From contig CAZRVM010000001.1 of the NCBI GenBank assembly GCA_964603625.1, forward strand, positions 1,949 through 65,948: 64,000 nucleotides of DNA, read 5' to 3'. Made by a program: the position numbers and the translations under genes. Origin of the DNA: an uncultured Candidatus Saccharibacteria bacterium. Its GTDB lineage: Bacteria; Patescibacteriota; Saccharimonadia; Saccharimonadales; JAGQNJ01. Under the pieces are notes generated by a model, which saw only the letters and a list, made by a program, of their open reading frames with translations, made no database searches and was not told the DNA's origin. Shown piece by piece: positions 61,295-64,000 of this stretch (within the stretch, counting starts at the first letter, position 1; each line of letters begins with the position of its first letter).

Positions 61295-61613
61295 TAATCT
61301 TAAAACTTAAACCACTAACTTCAATAGCTGAAATTGAATAATCTCCTTGCCATTTGTTAGCAAGAACCCATAATTCACCGGCAAATTTCATCTGTTTAAC
61401 TTTTTTAGGAGTTATATAATCTAATCCACTTCCCCAATCTGTAGATTTACGAAATTTAACTTCTACAAAATATATTGTTTGATTCTTTTTAGCTATAATG
61501 TCTATTTCGCAATATCGAGTACGCCAGTTTTGTTCTAAAACTTGGTATCCTTTATCTTTTAAAAAACTACATGCCGAATTTTCAGCCTGTCTACCAATAC
61601 TAGTTGTTGTCAT
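61272..61613 (-). CDS. yraN: YraN family (UPF0102) PD-(D/E)xK nuclease-like protein
   Basis: G..AE..A..FL..KGY.VL..NWR...EIDIIA....IYFVEVK.R; follows rnhB. Confidence 0.9.
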   Translation of the reverse strand: MTTTSIGRQAENSACSFLKDKGYQVLEQNWRTRYCEIDIIAKKNQTIYFVEVKFRKSTDWGSGLDYITPKKVKQMKFAGELWVLANKWQGDYSISAIEVSGLSFKITNFLAEI

Positions 61614-62164
61614 AAAAATGCCTTTATTGGCTTAAAGCTTTGCCTGTGAATCTTAGAAATTCCAAATTTTTCCAACATCTGCCGATGTTTTAATGTGCCA
61701 TATCCAACATTTTTTTCAAAATTATAATGTGGGTACTCCAATGCTTTTTTTGCCATTATTTCATCTCTTGTAACTTTAGCAAATATACTAGCGGCACTTA
61801 CAATAGGATAATTTGCGTCAGCCCGAATTATACACTTAACATTTTGAAATTTTGACTGACAATAATTAATATTACCGTCCATAATTATTTCTTCGTTAGG
61901 TAGCGCATTTATTTCAGATAAGGCTCTTTTTACAGCTAAGCGCATCGCATTAGTTAACCCTAAATTATCAATCTCTTCAGAAGTAACCCAGCCACAACCA
62001 ATTTCACAACTTGCTTTTATGCTTTTAATTAAATTCAATCGCTTAATTCTACTTAGCTTTTTAGAATCACCAAGACCTTCTGGTAATTTTGTAATTTGCC
62101 GTACGGCTACAACTAACAACGGGCCAGCCCATGCACCCCTTCCAACCTCATCAACCCCAATCAT
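61610..62164 (-). CDS. rnhB: Ribonuclease HII
   Basis: GVDEVGRGAWAGP, DSKKLS, DG, SAASIFAKVTRD, GYGT, HRQSF. Confidence 0.95.
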   Translation of the reverse strand: MIGVDEVGRGAWAGPLLVVAVRQITKLPEGLGDSKKLSRIKRLNLIKSIKASCEIGCGWVTSEEIDNLGLTNAMRLAVKRALSEINALPNEEIIMDGNINYCQSKFQNVKCIIRADANYPIVSAASIFAKVTRDEIMAKKALEYPHYNFEKNVGYGTLKHRQMLEKFGISKIHRQSFKPIKAFL

Positions 62165-62260
62165 AAATCCAATTATACATACAGAAAAAGTTTTATCTAC
62201 ACTAAAAACTTGACTATATTATTACTTTATTTAACCAATTTTATAGTTTTAACTTTGGTT

Positions 62261-62698
62261 TTAAGCTTTTGACTCTTCTGCTTTATCTTCAGTTTCTGTT
62301 TTTGGTGGTTCTGCTGGCTTTTCTTCAATTTTGTTAACTGCTTCTTTATCAAAAGACACCCCTGCAAGCCTTGCTGATTTGCCGGTTAGCTGGCGCATAT
62401 AACTCAAATAATTTCGCCTTACTTTACTTCTTTTAACAATTTCAATCTTAACCACTAATGGCGAATGCATTAAATAGCTCTTTTCAACACCTAGTCCACC
62501 GGTATTACGCCGCACAGTTAGTCGTGCCGTATGGCTATTTTTACGATCAACCCTTATAACCAAACCTTCAAAAATCTGAATTCGCTCTTTGTTACCTTCT
62601 TTAATTTTTTGATGAACTTTAACAGTATCACCTGAGCGAACATCAACAACTTGATGTTTTTTATACTTTGCTTCAATTTCTTTAACTGCTGAGCTCAT
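62261..62698 (-). CDS. rplS: 50S ribosomal protein L19
   Basis: GDTVKVH..IKEGNKERIQIFEG, GVEK, KVRR..L.Y.R. Confidence 0.96.
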   Translation of the reverse strand: MSSAVKEIEAKYKKHQVVDVRSGDTVKVHQKIKEGNKERIQIFEGLVIRVDRKNSHTARLTVRRNTGGLGVEKSYLMHSPLVVKIEIVKRSKVRRNYLSYMRQLTGKSARLAGVSFDKEAVNKIEEKPAEPPKTETEDKAEESKA

Positions 62699-62791
62699 AG
62701 ACCAATCAATATTACACTGTTATTCAAGTTTTTGCAATACTATTAAACTTAAATATTACCCTGAATCTTTTAAATTTAGTATAATACCCTT

Positions 62792-64000
62792 ATGCCTAAC
62801 CATGGTGAGAGATTTCTACATAATCAAGACGATAGCTTACATACTAGTGAACCCGTTGAACACGAACAAGCTCGTAGAGCTATTGCTAGTTTGCATGATA
62901 CCACTAATCAAGTAGAGCCAATTGATTCAGAAATTAGTCATAATTTAGGAGATGAAGTACATACTAAACCAGCAGATAAAATAGCTGATTTCTTAAGAGT
63001 ACTAGAACATAATCATACTAGCCATAGTGATGACCCAAGAGTACTAGATCGTATTAAAGCCAGCTACCATAAAACCCATGTTATTAAGCCAGAGGATGTA
63101 CCAGAGTCTGTCTTCAAGCTAGAACAACAAATAGCTCGTAATATGGGTCATGGCGACATTCCAATAACTGAAGAGTTCCGTAAAGCCAAAACAGAACAAA
63201 TCATTAGTACTCAAGAACATAGCCTAGATAAATGGGTAGACTACCTAACTAGTAGTGATGCTACCTACCCAATGTGGGCTAAGTACTGGGCATTTACAGC
63301 TATTACTAAAATGGGCAAATTAGAGAAGTCTGTTACAACAGACGAGTCAGGCAACGAACATGAATCAATTCGGTTTGCTAGAAGAACCGAAGATACTGTT
63401 GCTCCCTTTCCACCACTCAACCCCAGAGCCTTAGCTTTAACTATTGGAGTAGTAGATGAACACCTTAGCCAAAAAGGTTTACCTAAATTAGAACGAACAC
63501 CAGTTGTTAACCAATCTACCAAGCTAAACGATGAAGACTTTAGAGAGCTAATTATTAGTGAAAGCTTTAGCAGGATATATAGCCAGTTCTTATTAGAACT
63601 ACCCCAGTACTCCATAGAAGGCCTTAAAGAAACCAGAGGCGAGTGGAAGAAGTATCCTCAAGGTTCAGATCAGGATGAACTAGTAGATTCACTAGATGGC
63701 TACCCACTAGAGTGGTGTACTGCCGACCCAGAAACTGCTAGAGGGCAACTAGCCGGTGGCGACTTTTATGTCTACTATTCTATAGATCAAGATGGTAACC
63801 CAGTTATACCTAGAGTAGCCATTAGAATGCAAGGTAATCAAATTGCAGAAGTTAGAGGTATCGCTCCAGACCAAAATACCGATCCTTTCATTGCTCCGGT
63901 AATTGAAGCCAAGATGGAAGACTTCCTAGATGGTAAAGCTTACCAAAAACGCAGTCAAGATATGGCCAGACTTACAAACATAACGCAAAGAGCCGAAACT
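62792..64000 (+). CDS. Large hypothetical protein, 3' truncated by window (not in ORF track)
   Basis: Open frame from ATG 62792 (MPNHGERFLH...) to the window end; motifs WVDYL..YP.WAKYWAF, GEWKKYPQGS, EWCTA, QLAGGDFYVYYS, PRVAIRM, EVRGIA; TATAAT 6 nt upstream. Confidence 0.8.
   Translation, partial: MPNHGERFLHNQDDSLHTSEPVEHEQARRAIASLHDTTNQVEPIDSEISHNLGDEVHTKPADKIADFLRVLEHNHTSHSDDPRVLDRIKASYHKTHVIKPEDVPESVFKLEQQIARNMGHGDIPITEEFRKAKTEQIISTQEHSLDKWVDYLTSSDATYPMWAKYWAFTAITKMGKLEKSVTTDESGNEHESIRFARRTEDTVAPFPPLNPRALALTIGVVDEHLSQKGLPKLERTPVVNQSTKLNDEDFRELIISESFSRIYSQFLLELPQYSIEGLKETRGEWKKYPQGSDQDELVDSLDGYPLEWCTADPETARGQLAGGDFYVYYSIDQDGNPVIPRVAIRMQGNQIAEVRGIAPDQNTDPFIAPVIEAKMEDFLDGKAYQKRSQDMARLTNITQRAET

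Overview
AT-rich, gene-dense core region of a CPR/Patescibacteria genome, most likely Saccharibacteria (TM7). This assignment is inferred from the loss of rpmD/L30, the gene order and the protein signatures. Standard genetic code 11 is used. The window holds gnd(3' end)-zwf, a LysM/Rpf muralytic enzyme, four tRNAs, the near-continuous rpoBC-str-S10-spc-alpha-rplM/rpsI supercluster on the minus strand, tig-clpP, hisS, tyrS, trpS, recG, radA, PBP1A, clpC, nusA, pepN, rnhB, rplS, several ORFans and one large partial ORF at the right edge. No CRISPR array, IS, integrase or rRNA was seen. The most unusual signals are: (1) an EF-G whose guanine-specificity motifs are rewritten (G4 NKxD->NKIN, G5 SAx->DGR) while EF-Tu is canonical; (2) an RNA polymerase beta' that has lost 7 of the 8 Cys of its two zinc sites, together with Zn-free S4/S14/L33/L36 and delta'; (3) pervasive leaderless or near-leaderless gene starts; (4) an ORFan in every junction of the str operon; (5) perfect CIRCE operators at clpP and clpC, a nusA leader attenuator and several candidate structured RNAs.
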